From: Thermodesulfobacteriota bacterium
Lineage (GTDB): Bacteria; Desulfobacterota; Binatia; DP-6
DNA length: 37,270 nucleotides
Assembly (NCBI GenBank): GCA_046727715.1
Contig: JBKPDC010000266.1
Span: forward strand, 1 to 37,270
Direction: 5' to 3'
Shown here piece after piece: positions 7,971 through 15,057 of this stretch. Positions within the stretch are counted from its first letter, which is position 1. Every line of letters starts with the position of its first letter. The notes under the pieces are model-generated. The model searched no databases, had not been told where the DNA came from, and saw nothing but the letters and a program-made list of their open reading frames with translations. The translations under genes were made by a program, and so were the position numbers.

Positions 7971-8480
7971 ATGCGTACAGCACCATCGATCGGCGTCTCC
8001 ATCCTCGTCATCGCGCTCGCTCTGCCGAGCGTCGCCACCGCCAGGCCGCGGTGCACGGGAGCCTTCAAGAAGAGCTGTCTCAAAACGCTCTTCAGCTGCT
8101 TCAAGCCGGCAGGAGCGTGCACCACCCAGACGGACCTCTCGCCGGACGTCCTCCAGACGAGCGTGACGACATGCTGGGAGAACGGCGCCTCCACGGTGAG
8201 CGCCTTCGACATCCAGAGCGGGACGGGAACGCTCACCGTCAGGAATGCCAACGGCAAGGTGTGCACCACGGCGAGCGTCGTCTCCACCGCTGACGGCCTC
8301 GCGTCCACCTATGTCCGCCGGCGAAAGCAGTGGGTCATTCGCACCGCCCACGATGGCACGCTGACGGTCACGTGCCCCAGCGGACGCACCGAGACCTACG
8401 CCGTGCTCGACCTGGCACAGGCGCAGCCTGGCTGCCTCGGTCGCGCGGCGACGCCCTGTCGGGCCGGATCCTGTCCCTGA
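7971..8480 (+). CDS. small secreted Cys-rich orphan protein (169 aa)
   Basis: The ORF starts MRTAPSIGVSILVIALALPSVATA|RPRC (Sec signal). There are 10 Cys in the mature part. It is divergent (222-bp spacer) from the 513-aa secreted protein. Confidence 0.65.
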   Translation: MRTAPSIGVSILVIALALPSVATARPRCTGAFKKSCLKTLFSCFKPAGACTTQTDLSPDVLQTSVTTCWENGASTVSAFDIQSGTGTLTVRNANGKVCTTASVVSTADGLASTYVRRRKQWVIRTAHDGTLTVTCPSGRTETYAVLDLAQAQPGCLGRAATPCRAGSCP

Positions 8481-8514
8481 AGCCTGGCCCAGTGCCGTCG
8501 CTCGGGGCCAGGCT
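8481..8514. terminator. 10-bp perfect hairpin between convergent genes (terminator-like, no U-tract)
   Basis: AGCCTGGCCC-N14-GGGCCAGGCT immediately after the stop at 8480. Confidence 0.3.
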
Positions 8515-8583
8515 ACTTGGGAAGCCGCGCCCGCACCGGCTCGCGCCGCGTGTCGCCGCGAGACTCCGTCTCGGGGGCGGTCG

Positions 8584-9003
8584 TCAGAGCGGCATCAGCT
8601 GCAGCCCGAGGAACACCTGTACCCCGGACAGCAGCAGCGCCACCGCCCCGATCCACGGGTGCACCGCGCGCGCCCGCGGATCGCGATCGATGCGACGCGA
8701 GACCAGCGCCGCGAGGCCGTAGAGCACCACGAGCGCGCTGCCGACCCGGAAGTGCCCGCTGGCCGCCAGCTCGATGTCGCGCGGGTCGATCCACACGCTT
8801 CCCAGCCCGGCGAGCCAGTTGGTGACGACGAGTCCCAGCAGCCACGGCCCGAGGTGGCGATGTCGCGCCCGCAGCGCTGCCGCGCCCGGGCCGGGCGCAC
8901 GACTGCGCAGCCCGAGGCTCGCCTGGCGCACGGCCAGCGCCACCGTGGCCAGCCCCAGCAGCGGGTGCACCCAGAGAACGGCCCGCAGCAGCGGGGCGCT
9001 CAC
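8584..9003 (-). CDS. small integral membrane protein (139 aa, about 4 TM; DUF4079-like by eye)
   Basis: C-terminal part of ORF 8584..9408. The GTG at 9003 overlaps the TGA of the upstream LLM gene (GTGA), suggesting translational coupling. The ORF upstream of 9003 is Arg-rich junk overlapping the LLM gene. Confidence 0.6.
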   Translation of the reverse strand: MSAPLLRAVLWVHPLLGLATVALAVRQASLGLRSRAPGPGAAALRARHRHLGPWLLGLVVTNWLAGLGSVWIDPRDIELAASGHFRVGSALVVLYGLAALVSRRIDRDPRARAVHPWIGAVALLLSGVQVFLGLQLMPL

Positions 9004-9836
9004 GCTCGCTTGCAGAAGCGCGCGCCCAGGTCGCGCACGGTGGCCTCGAGCGCGGTGGCCGGGACCCGGGGCAGGATGATCAGCCGGTGGATGCCCACCT
9101 CCTCCGCCCGCGCCACGAGCCCCTCCGTGAGCGGCTCGAAGGTCGTGAGGGAGATATCGAACGGCTCGTCGGCGCGGCCGAGCTCGGCGCGCAGGCGGCG
9201 CAGCTCCTCCACGATGGACGCGGTCTGCGCGACGGTGAGCGCGAAGCCGTACCACCCGTTTCCCTCGCGCGCCGCGCGCCGTAGCGCCGGCGGCGCCGTT
9301 CCACCGACGACGATCGGCGGATGCGGGCGCTGGACCGGCTTGGGCTCGAAGCGGACGTCGGCGAACTCGGCGAATCGCCCCTGGAACTGGGGCTCGCCCT
9401 GCGTCCACAGCGCGCGGATCGCGCCCAGGTACTCGTCGGCCATGGCGCCGCGCCGGTGGAAGTCGACTCCGACGGCGCGGAATTCGGCCTCGACGTAGCC
9501 GCCGCCGAAGCCGGCGATGAGCCGGCCGCCCGAGATCACGTCGAGCGACGTCAGCGCCTTCGCGAGCAGTACCGGGTTGTAGTGCGGGAGGATGAGGATG
9601 CCGGTGCCGAGCCGGAGCCGGGTCGTGAATCCGGCGATGTGCGCCAGTGACAGCAGCGAGTCGAGGAAGGGGGTCTCGGCGGGAGTCTGGACGGGGTTGT
9701 CACGGATCGGCAGCACGACGTGCTCGCCGGTCCATACCGATTCGAAGCCCGACTCCTCGGCCGCCACCGCGATCCGCCGCTGCAGGTCGGGGTCGGCGCA
9801 GGATCCGAAGTTGACACCGAAGAGCCCGAAGCGCAT
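9000..9836 (-). CDS. LLM-class (luciferase-like) F420-dependent oxidoreductase
   Basis: Starts MRFGLFGVNFG (residue 40 of ORF 9000..9953). Motifs: FESVWTGEHVV, NPVLLAKALTSLDVISGGRLIAGFGGGY, PHPPIVVGG. Confidence 0.85.
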   Translation of the reverse strand: MRFGLFGVNFGSCADPDLQRRIAVAAEESGFESVWTGEHVVLPIRDNPVQTPAETPFLDSLLSLAHIAGFTTRLRLGTGILILPHYNPVLLAKALTSLDVISGGRLIAGFGGGYVEAEFRAVGVDFHRRGAMADEYLGAIRALWTQGEPQFQGRFAEFADVRFEPKPVQRPHPPIVVGGTAPPALRRAAREGNGWYGFALTVAQTASIVEELRRLRAELGRADEPFDISLTTFEPLTEGLVARAEEVGIHRLIILPRVPATALEATVRDLGARFCKRA

Positions 9837-9868
9837 GCGCGCGAAGCTGGCAGGGGGGCCCGAGGCAG

Positions 9869-10231
9869 TCAACCGACGTCGAGGCCCTTCAGCCGGCCGA
9901 AGAGCCGCGGCAGCTCGGCGGCGAGCTGGCTTTTCGCCAGCACGCGCTTGCACCCGAGCGCCTTGGCGGTCTCCATGACGTCGATCTCCGCGTGTCCGAC
10001 GAAGCCGAACGACTCGATGCCGGCGGTGTCGGGATCACCGGCGAGCAGCTCCAGCGCCCGCATGGCGTCCGGGTGCCGGAGATCGATGATGATCAGCCGC
10101 GCGCCACGTGCAGCAGCCGCGAGGCCATCGGCGTCGCGCGCGCCCCGCACCGGGATCCCGAAGTGATCGGCAGCCTCGTTGATCCTGGAAACGAAGAGCA
10201 AGTCACGCACCAGATAGACCGCGTCCGCCAT
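9869..10231 (-). CDS. single-domain CheY-like receiver (possibly a pseudo-receiver)
   Basis: ATG at 10231 (residue 74 of ORF 9869..10450). The beta-alpha pattern is VYLVRD...LIIIDL...FGFVGH...RVLAKS. The phospho-acceptor Asp and Lys positions are present, but the first acidic residue of the DD pair is Arg and the Thr/Ser position is Gly. Confidence 0.5.
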   Translation of the reverse strand: MADAVYLVRDLLFVSRINEAADHFGIPVRGARDADGLAAAARGARLIIIDLRHPDAMRALELLAGDPDTAGIESFGFVGHAEIDVMETAKALGCKRVLAKSQLAAELPRLFGRLKGLDVG

Positions 10232-10319
10232 GTTCGGCGGATAGCGTCCGGCCGCTCCGCGATCAACCCGTCGCGCGCACCGGTCGACGGGAACTGCTCT
10301 GCGGGCTAACAGAGCCGGC

Positions 10320-10823
10320 ATGCCGCGACGTCGCCGCCACCCGAGTCTGATCCCGCTCTCGCACCAGCACCGCGACGCGCTCCTGCTCGCATTCCGCCTC
10401 CACCACCCCGCACCGCCGGGCGCGGTGACGGCCATGACGCCGGCGAGCACGGCGCAGAGCCGCGCCGCGGATGCCCTCGCCTTCTTCGACCATCATCTGG
10501 TGGCGCACTTCCGCGCCGAGGAGGACGTGCTGTTTCCCTTCCTGCGCACGCGGCTGGGGAGCGACTGCGCCCGGACGGCGCTGCTCGACCAGCTGATCGG
10601 CGAGCATCGCCAGCTGGAAGCGCTGCGCGACCAGGTAGCGGCCGCCGACCGCGAGCCCGCGCTCGCGCCGGCGCTGGTCGCGTTCGCCGACCTGCTCGAG
10701 GCACACGTCCGGCGCGAGGAACGGGAGCTGTTCGAAGACTTCCCCGTTGCCGTCGCCCCTGCCGATGCCGAGGCGCTCGCCAGCGCGATCCGCGGCGTCC
10801 TCGGGGTGCCCGCCGGCGCGTGA
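10320..10823 (+). CDS. hemerythrin HHE cation-binding domain protein
   Basis: His/Glu ligand pattern: LSHQHRD, FFDHHLVAHFRAEEDVLFP, LIGEHRQLE, LLEAHVRREERELF. Confidence 0.8.
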   Translation: MPRRRRHPSLIPLSHQHRDALLLAFRLHHPAPPGAVTAMTPASTAQSRAADALAFFDHHLVAHFRAEEDVLFPFLRTRLGSDCARTALLDQLIGEHRQLEALRDQVAAADREPALAPALVAFADLLEAHVRREERELFEDFPVAVAPADAEALASAIRGVLGVPAGA

Positions 10824-10860
10824 CGAGCCCGACCCGAGACCCACGTCCCAAGTCGCGCTC

Positions 10861-11220
10861 CTAGCGCCGGGGCTGGCCGTACCACCAGACGTAGCCGTCC
10901 GGATCGTCGAAGGAGAAGTTGCGTTCCCCCCACGGCTGGTCGCGCAGCTCGCTCACCGTGACACCCAGTTCCCGGAGACGTGCGTGCTCGGCGTCCACGT
11001 CGTCGAGTTGGATCGCGACGTGCATGCCGCCGGCGTAGCGGCGGGCTTCTCCCTGCCGATCGTCGGCGTGGATGACGAGGTAGCCGCTCCCGACGCTGAA
11101 CCCGGCCACGTCGGCTTCATCGGTGCCCAGCGTCCAGCCCAGCGTCTCGCCGTAGAACTTCTTGCTCCGCGCCAGGTCCGACACGGAAGCGAACACGTAG
11201 AAAATGCCCTTGGCCGTCAT
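10861..11220 (-). CDS. VOC/glyoxalase-bleomycin resistance family protein (119 aa)
   Basis: C-terminal part of ORF 10861..11880. The ATG at 11220 is preceded by GGGAGGA. The sequence FYGETLGW...HVAIQLDDVDAEHARL...FSFDDPDGYVWWY is typical of the family. Confidence 0.85.
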   Translation of the reverse strand: MTAKGIFYVFASVSDLARSKKFYGETLGWTLGTDEADVAGFSVGSGYLVIHADDRQGEARRYAGGMHVAIQLDDVDAEHARLRELGVTVSELRDQPWGERNFSFDDPDGYVWWYGQPRR

Positions 11221-11303
11221 GGCGTCCTCCCGGCGGCGAACGTAGCGCTTCAGCCCAGGGCATTCTTGCGCCATAGTGCCAACTTGTGTCGCGGACACGA
11301 CAG

Positions 11304-11465
11304 ATGTCGCTCCTCTGGCGTCCGGAGCCGCGGCCGGGCTGCGTGCGCGGCCTGTCCTACGACTACGCGAGCGATCACCGTGTTCCGGCGCACGTCCACG
11401 ACTGGCACCAGCTGATCTACGCTGGGCGTTGGAGCGACGGCCGCGGCTCTCGAGTCGGGCCCTAG
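11304..11465 (+). pseudogene. possible remnant of an AraC-family regulator N-terminal cupin domain (53 codons, truncated)
   Basis: Unlisted short ORF MSLLWRPEPRPGCVRGLSYDYASDHRVPAHVHDWHQLIYAGRWSDGRGSRVGP. The H-x-H-D-W-H-Q-L-I/V-Y-A stretch recalls cupin-type AraC sensors. There is no downstream HTH domain. Confidence 0.3.
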
Positions 11466-11860
11466 ACGAGGCGCCCCGCCCCGCCGGTCTCGACCGGCAG
11501 CCCGCTGTCCTTCCACCCGGCCGTATCGTCCGTCCCGCCGAAGCCGCCCTGCACGTTGGCCAGGTCGGTGTAGCCGGCGTCGGCGAGCAGCTCGCACGCC
11601 CGCTGCGAGCGCATTCCGCTCTGGCACCCGACGAGCAACTTCGTCCCGGGCGCGAGATGACGCAGCACCACCGCGACGAAGTCCGCGTTGGGCCGCGGGC
11701 GGCGCGATGCCGGGTCCATGAGGAGCACGGGCACGTTGCGCGCGCCGGCGGGATGACCGGCGTCGAACTCCTCGGGCGTGCGGACGTCGAGGTAGACCGC
11801 CGACGGCTCGGCCGTGAGCTCGCACGCCGCCTCGGCTGGGACGACCTGACGGATCGCCAT
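11462..11860 (-). CDS. single-domain rhodanese sulfurtransferase
   Basis: ATG at 11860 (residue 13 of ORF 11462..11896, whose first codon is TTG). Active-site loop is CQSGMRS. The context YLDVRTPEEFDAGH...NVP is rhodanese-like. Confidence 0.85.
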   Translation of the reverse strand: MAIRQVVPAEAACELTAEPSAVYLDVRTPEEFDAGHPAGARNVPVLLMDPASRRPRPNADFVAVVLRHLAPGTKLLVGCQSGMRSQRACELLADAGYTDLANVQGGFGGTDDTAGWKDSGLPVETGGAGRLV

Positions 11861-11988
11861 GGGACGACGATGCGACGCACCCCACGCGCGTGTCAATGTG
11901 CCCTGGAGCCCGTCTTGCCAGGCGGCGCCCGTCTCGGCATGTCGCCGGGAGACGGCATCCGTACCGTCCCGACGACCGTAGGTGGATC

Positions 11989-12924
11989 ATGGACAAAGCG
12001 GCCATCGACACGTGGGCTCCCCGCTCCCGCGCCCTCGACCTCGACGGCATCGCGTGGGACCAGCTGCGGCACACGCCGCTCGGCGCCGACGCCGTGCGCG
12101 CGCTGCGCTACATGCAGGACATCGAGAGTCATACGATCGTCTACGTGCGCCAGCTCCTCGCGACGCGCGCGATCGACGACCCCGACGTGGCGACCTTCCT
12201 CGCCTGCTGGTTCTACGAGGAGACCTTTCACGGCCGCGCCTTGGCGCGCCTGCTGGCGGCGGCGGGGTGTGCGCCCCTCGAGCGTCAGCGTTCACGGCAG
12301 CCGTGGATGTCCCGCCTCGAGGAACGTGCCCTGGGCTTCGTCTCGCGCCTGTGGCCGGACTTCGTGGGAGTCCACATGGTGTGGGGCGCCATCAACGAGC
12401 TGACCACGCTCACCGGGTACCAGCGGCTGGCGGAGCTCGAGCCGCACCCCGTGCTGGTCGAGCTGTGCGCGCGCATCGGGCGCGACGAGTCGCGACACTT
12501 CGCCTTCTACTTTCATCAGGCGGCACGCCGACTCGGGAACCCGCGCGCCGGTCGCGTGGCGCGCTTCCTGGTCGACCGATTCTGGGCACCCGTCGGCAGC
12601 GGGGTGCAGCCCGACGCCGAGGTGCGCTTCCTGGCGGACTACCTGTTCGGCGGCGCCGACGGCCGCGTGGCCGCGCGCCGGATCGACGCGACCATCCGCC
12701 GGCTGCCTGGATTCGAGGACGTCGCGCTGATCGAGGATTGGATCGACCGCACCGCGCGTCACCCCATGCCGAAGGCACCCTCGAGGACGAGCCGGCGCCG
12801 GATCCACGATTGGGTGCAGGCGAGTCGCGCGGCGGTCGCGAGCGCGCGCGCCGGCAGGAGTCCGAGCAGTCCGCCGAGGAGCGGAGACGGGCTGCCGAAC
12901 GCCTCCGCGATGCGATCCGGATAG
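11989..12924 (+). CDS. ferritin-like di-iron carboxylate protein (acyl-ACP desaturase/di-iron oxygenase-like)
   Basis: ATG at 11989 (MDKAAIDTW). Ligand pattern E...ExxH...E...ExxH: DIESH, YEETFHG, INELT, RDESRHF. The last ~55 aa are low-complexity and overlap the convergent gene. Confidence 0.75.
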   Translation: MDKAAIDTWAPRSRALDLDGIAWDQLRHTPLGADAVRALRYMQDIESHTIVYVRQLLATRAIDDPDVATFLACWFYEETFHGRALARLLAAAGCAPLERQRSRQPWMSRLEERALGFVSRLWPDFVGVHMVWGAINELTTLTGYQRLAELEPHPVLVELCARIGRDESRHFAFYFHQAARRLGNPRAGRVARFLVDRFWAPVGSGVQPDAEVRFLADYLFGGADGRVAARRIDATIRRLPGFEDVALIEDWIDRTARHPMPKAPSRTSRRRIHDWVQASRAAVASARAGRSPSSPPRSGDGLPNASAMRSG

Positions 12925-13847
12925 GTGCCGGGCCCGTCCGCGACGAGGGCATCCGCGGCGAGGCGAGCGCTCCGCACCGCGGGGCCGATCCCCTCGCCCG
13001 AAAAATCGCGCGCCAGCGCGGCGGCGTCGCCGACGAGGAGAAAGCGATCGCCTGCCAGCCGCCGCGGCCGGCGCCGCCGCACCCCGTAGGCGTGGCCGCG
13101 AAACGGCGTCAGCTCGAGCCCGGCCGGCAGGCGTCCGCTGGCCTCGAGCGCCGCGCGCAGGCGCTCGAGCCGGCGCCCGATCGGCATGCCGCCGACGGCG
13201 CCGACGCCCACGTTCAGGAAGTCACCCTTCGTGAAGTACCAGCCGTAACCGTGGAAGTCAGGCTCGGCGAACAGCTCCGGCGAGCCGTGGCGGGGCGTGA
13301 GCGTGCGCAGGCGTGCGGCGCCGACGCGCGTCTCGCTCTCCTGCGTGACCACGACGTCCTCGTCGCCGCTGATCTCGCCGAAGGCTCGCGCCACCGGGCA
13401 GTGGTGCCCGCCGGCACCGACCACGATCGGCGTCGTGACCGTCGCCTCGTCGGTCTGCACGACGACGCCGCCCGGCACCGCATGCAGGACGCGCACGCGC
13501 TGGCCCTCGCGCACCGTCGCTCCCGCGTCCGCCGCGCGGCGCAGGAGAAAGGTGTCGAACTCGGCACGCACGATGCCGTAGCTCGCCACCCGCCCGAAGT
13601 GCGTTGCGTGCTCGGCGCCGTCCACGGCCACCGACACCGACGCGAAGGCCTGAACGGTCTCGGGATACTCCCCCGGGTCGAGGTCGAGATCGCGCCACAC
13701 GGCGGGTGTCACCCAACCGGCGCAGAGCTTGACGCGCGGGAAGCGCGCGGCGTCGAGCACGAGCACGCGCGCGCCGGCGCGCGCCAGCCGCCAGGCGGCC
13801 GTGCTGCCCCCCGGCCCCCCGCCCACCACCACGGCGTCGAAGGTCAC
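12759..13847 (-). CDS. FAD-dependent oxidoreductase, geranylgeranyl reductase family
   Basis: GTG at 13847 gives VTFDAVVVGGGPGGSTAA (GxGxxG). GDAAALARDFSGEGIGPA and the tail SWIRRRLVLEGAF are typical of the GGR family. The alternative ATG at 13943 would overlap the divergent rhodanese ATG (CATG), so the start is uncertain. Confidence 0.8.
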   Translation of the reverse strand: MTFDAVVVGGGPGGSTAAWRLARAGARVLVLDAARFPRVKLCAGWVTPAVWRDLDLDPGEYPETVQAFASVSVAVDGAEHATHFGRVASYGIVRAEFDTFLLRRAADAGATVREGQRVRVLHAVPGGVVVQTDEATVTTPIVVGAGGHHCPVARAFGEISGDEDVVVTQESETRVGAARLRTLTPRHGSPELFAEPDFHGYGWYFTKGDFLNVGVGAVGGMPIGRRLERLRAALEASGRLPAGLELTPFRGHAYGVRRRRPRRLAGDRFLLVGDAAALARDFSGEGIGPAVRSARLAADALVADGPGTYPDRIAEAFGSPSPLLGGLLGLLPARALATAARLACTQSWIRRRLVLEGAFGMG

Positions 13848-13941
13848 GCCTCCGGATGTAGCGCATCCGTGGCCGAGCGCGAACCCCCGATCGACGCCAT
13901 CCGGCGCCGGTGCTAGGAGGCCGACCCGAGACTCCGTTCCC

Positions 13942-14313
13942 ATGCAGCACAACCCGGGATTCCTCCGTCTGGTCGAGGCGGCGCGCCAGCGTATCCGCGA
14001 GGTGAGCATCGACGACGTCCGGGCCATGCAGCAGTCGGGTGACCGCTTCCATCTTCTCGACGTCCGCGAGCAGGACGAGTTCGCGCGCGGTCACCTGCCC
14101 GGCGCCCGCCACCTCGGCAAGGGCATCATCGAGCGCGATATCGAGGCCACGATCCCCGACCACGACGCGCCGATCGTCCTCTACTGCGGCGGCGGCTATC
14201 GCTCCGCCCTCGCCGCCGATGCCCTCCGGCAGATGGGCTACACGCACGTCCTCTCCATGTGGGGCGGCTGGCGGGGATGGACCGAAGCGGGCCTGCCGGT
14301 GACGACGGAGTAG
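13942..14313 (+). CDS. single-domain rhodanese sulfurtransferase
   Basis: ATG at 13942 (residue 72 of ORF 13729..14313). HLLDVREQDEFARGHLPGA, with active-site loop CGGGYRS. Confidence 0.85.
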   Translation: MQHNPGFLRLVEAARQRIREVSIDDVRAMQQSGDRFHLLDVREQDEFARGHLPGARHLGKGIIERDIEATIPDHDAPIVLYCGGGYRSALAADALRQMGYTHVLSMWGGWRGWTEAGLPVTTE

Positions 14314-14359
14314 CCGCGAGACGACGCGGGCGCCCGCAGCCCGCTGCGAGCGTCCAGCC

Positions 14360-14905
14360 CTACTTGGCCCCGCGGGTGCGGAGGTCGATCTGCTTCCCCG
14401 TGCGCTCCGCTTCTTTGATCTCGTCGAGGCTGATCACGTCGTCCCCGGTGCCCATGATGTCGCCTACCGTGACGCCGCGCTGGTCGGGACGTTTCTGGAT
14501 GTGGAAGAACTCGACGTACCGCGCCAGCTGCGCCCCCACCTCGTCCGGTGAGCGCCGCGGCATGCCGTCGGGCCGCTGCTGGATCATGTCGCGTTGATAC
14601 GTGGTGTAGATGTACGCTGCCCAGTTGAGCGAGATCTCGCCCGTGGCAATGCGGGACGACAGCTGTGTCACCAGGTCGAACAGCTCGGGCACCTGGGCGT
14701 CGGCGGGCGGCGGCATCAGCAGGTAGCGGTTCATCTGGGCCAGGATGCGCCGACGCTCGTCGAGGGTGCCCGACGCGTTCTCGCGGCTGGCGATGCGGCC
14801 CAGGTACCAGCGCCCCGCGCTGCCGATGAGCTGGCTCTGCCAGTACCACGCCGCCCCCCCGCCAACGGCGAGGACCAGCACGAGGGCGAGAAGCACCCGC
14901 TTCAT
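14360..14905 (-). CDS. membrane-anchored or secreted hypothetical protein (181 aa)
   Basis: ATG at 14905 gives MKRVLLALVLVLAVGGGAAWYW (signal/anchor). The remainder is soluble-looking and no family is recognised. Confidence 0.6.
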   Translation of the reverse strand: MKRVLLALVLVLAVGGGAAWYWQSQLIGSAGRWYLGRIASRENASGTLDERRRILAQMNRYLLMPPPADAQVPELFDLVTQLSSRIATGEISLNWAAYIYTTYQRDMIQQRPDGMPRRSPDEVGAQLARYVEFFHIQKRPDQRGVTVGDIMGTGDDVISLDEIKEAERTGKQIDLRTRGAK

Positions 14906-14987
14906 GTCGACGACTTGGCCTCGCCCCCTGTTGGCTGTCAAGCGGGAGATGCTCGCCGGCTCTTCCGGACGTGCGAACGGGCTGCGC

Positions 14988-15045
14988 GTGTACTGTCCGC
15001 GAGGCGGCTTGCGTTCGTAGTAAAGTCACCTCGTGGACAGTACAC
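14988..15045. repeat. 17-bp inverted repeat (1 mismatch) with a 24-nt AT-richer spacer, just upstream of the SDR gene
   Basis: GTGTACTGTCCGCGAGG (14988-15004) pairs with CCTCGTGGACAGTACAC (15029-15045). The spacer is CGGCTTGCGTTCGTAGTAAAGTCA. Confidence 0.6.
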
Positions 15046-15057
15046 TGGTCCCTGGCG

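Noticed and set aside
7749-8351. 201-codon N-terminal extension of ORF 6207..8351
   Set aside because: The extension is Gly/Arg/Asp-rich and overlaps the divergent small secreted protein gene. The internal ATG at 7748 yields a textbook signal peptide.
5436-8480. Lower GC (~60-67% in sampled 60-nt lines versus ~77% in some neighbours) as evidence for a horizontally acquired island
   Set aside because: Hand counts show similar values in clearly core genes (DHH phosphoesterase, rng, nadA). The dip is within normal gene-to-gene variation, and no tRNA, integrase or direct repeats flank it.
13848-13943. ATG at 13943 as the start of the GGR-like gene
   Set aside because: It would share a CATG with the divergent rhodanese ATG (13942), leaving no promoter space. 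It would also add 32 non-conserved residues before the GTG at 13847, putting about 36 residues before the FDAVVVGGGPGG motif. The GTG at 13847 places the motif near the N-terminus, although its SD spacing is short, so this remains uncertain.
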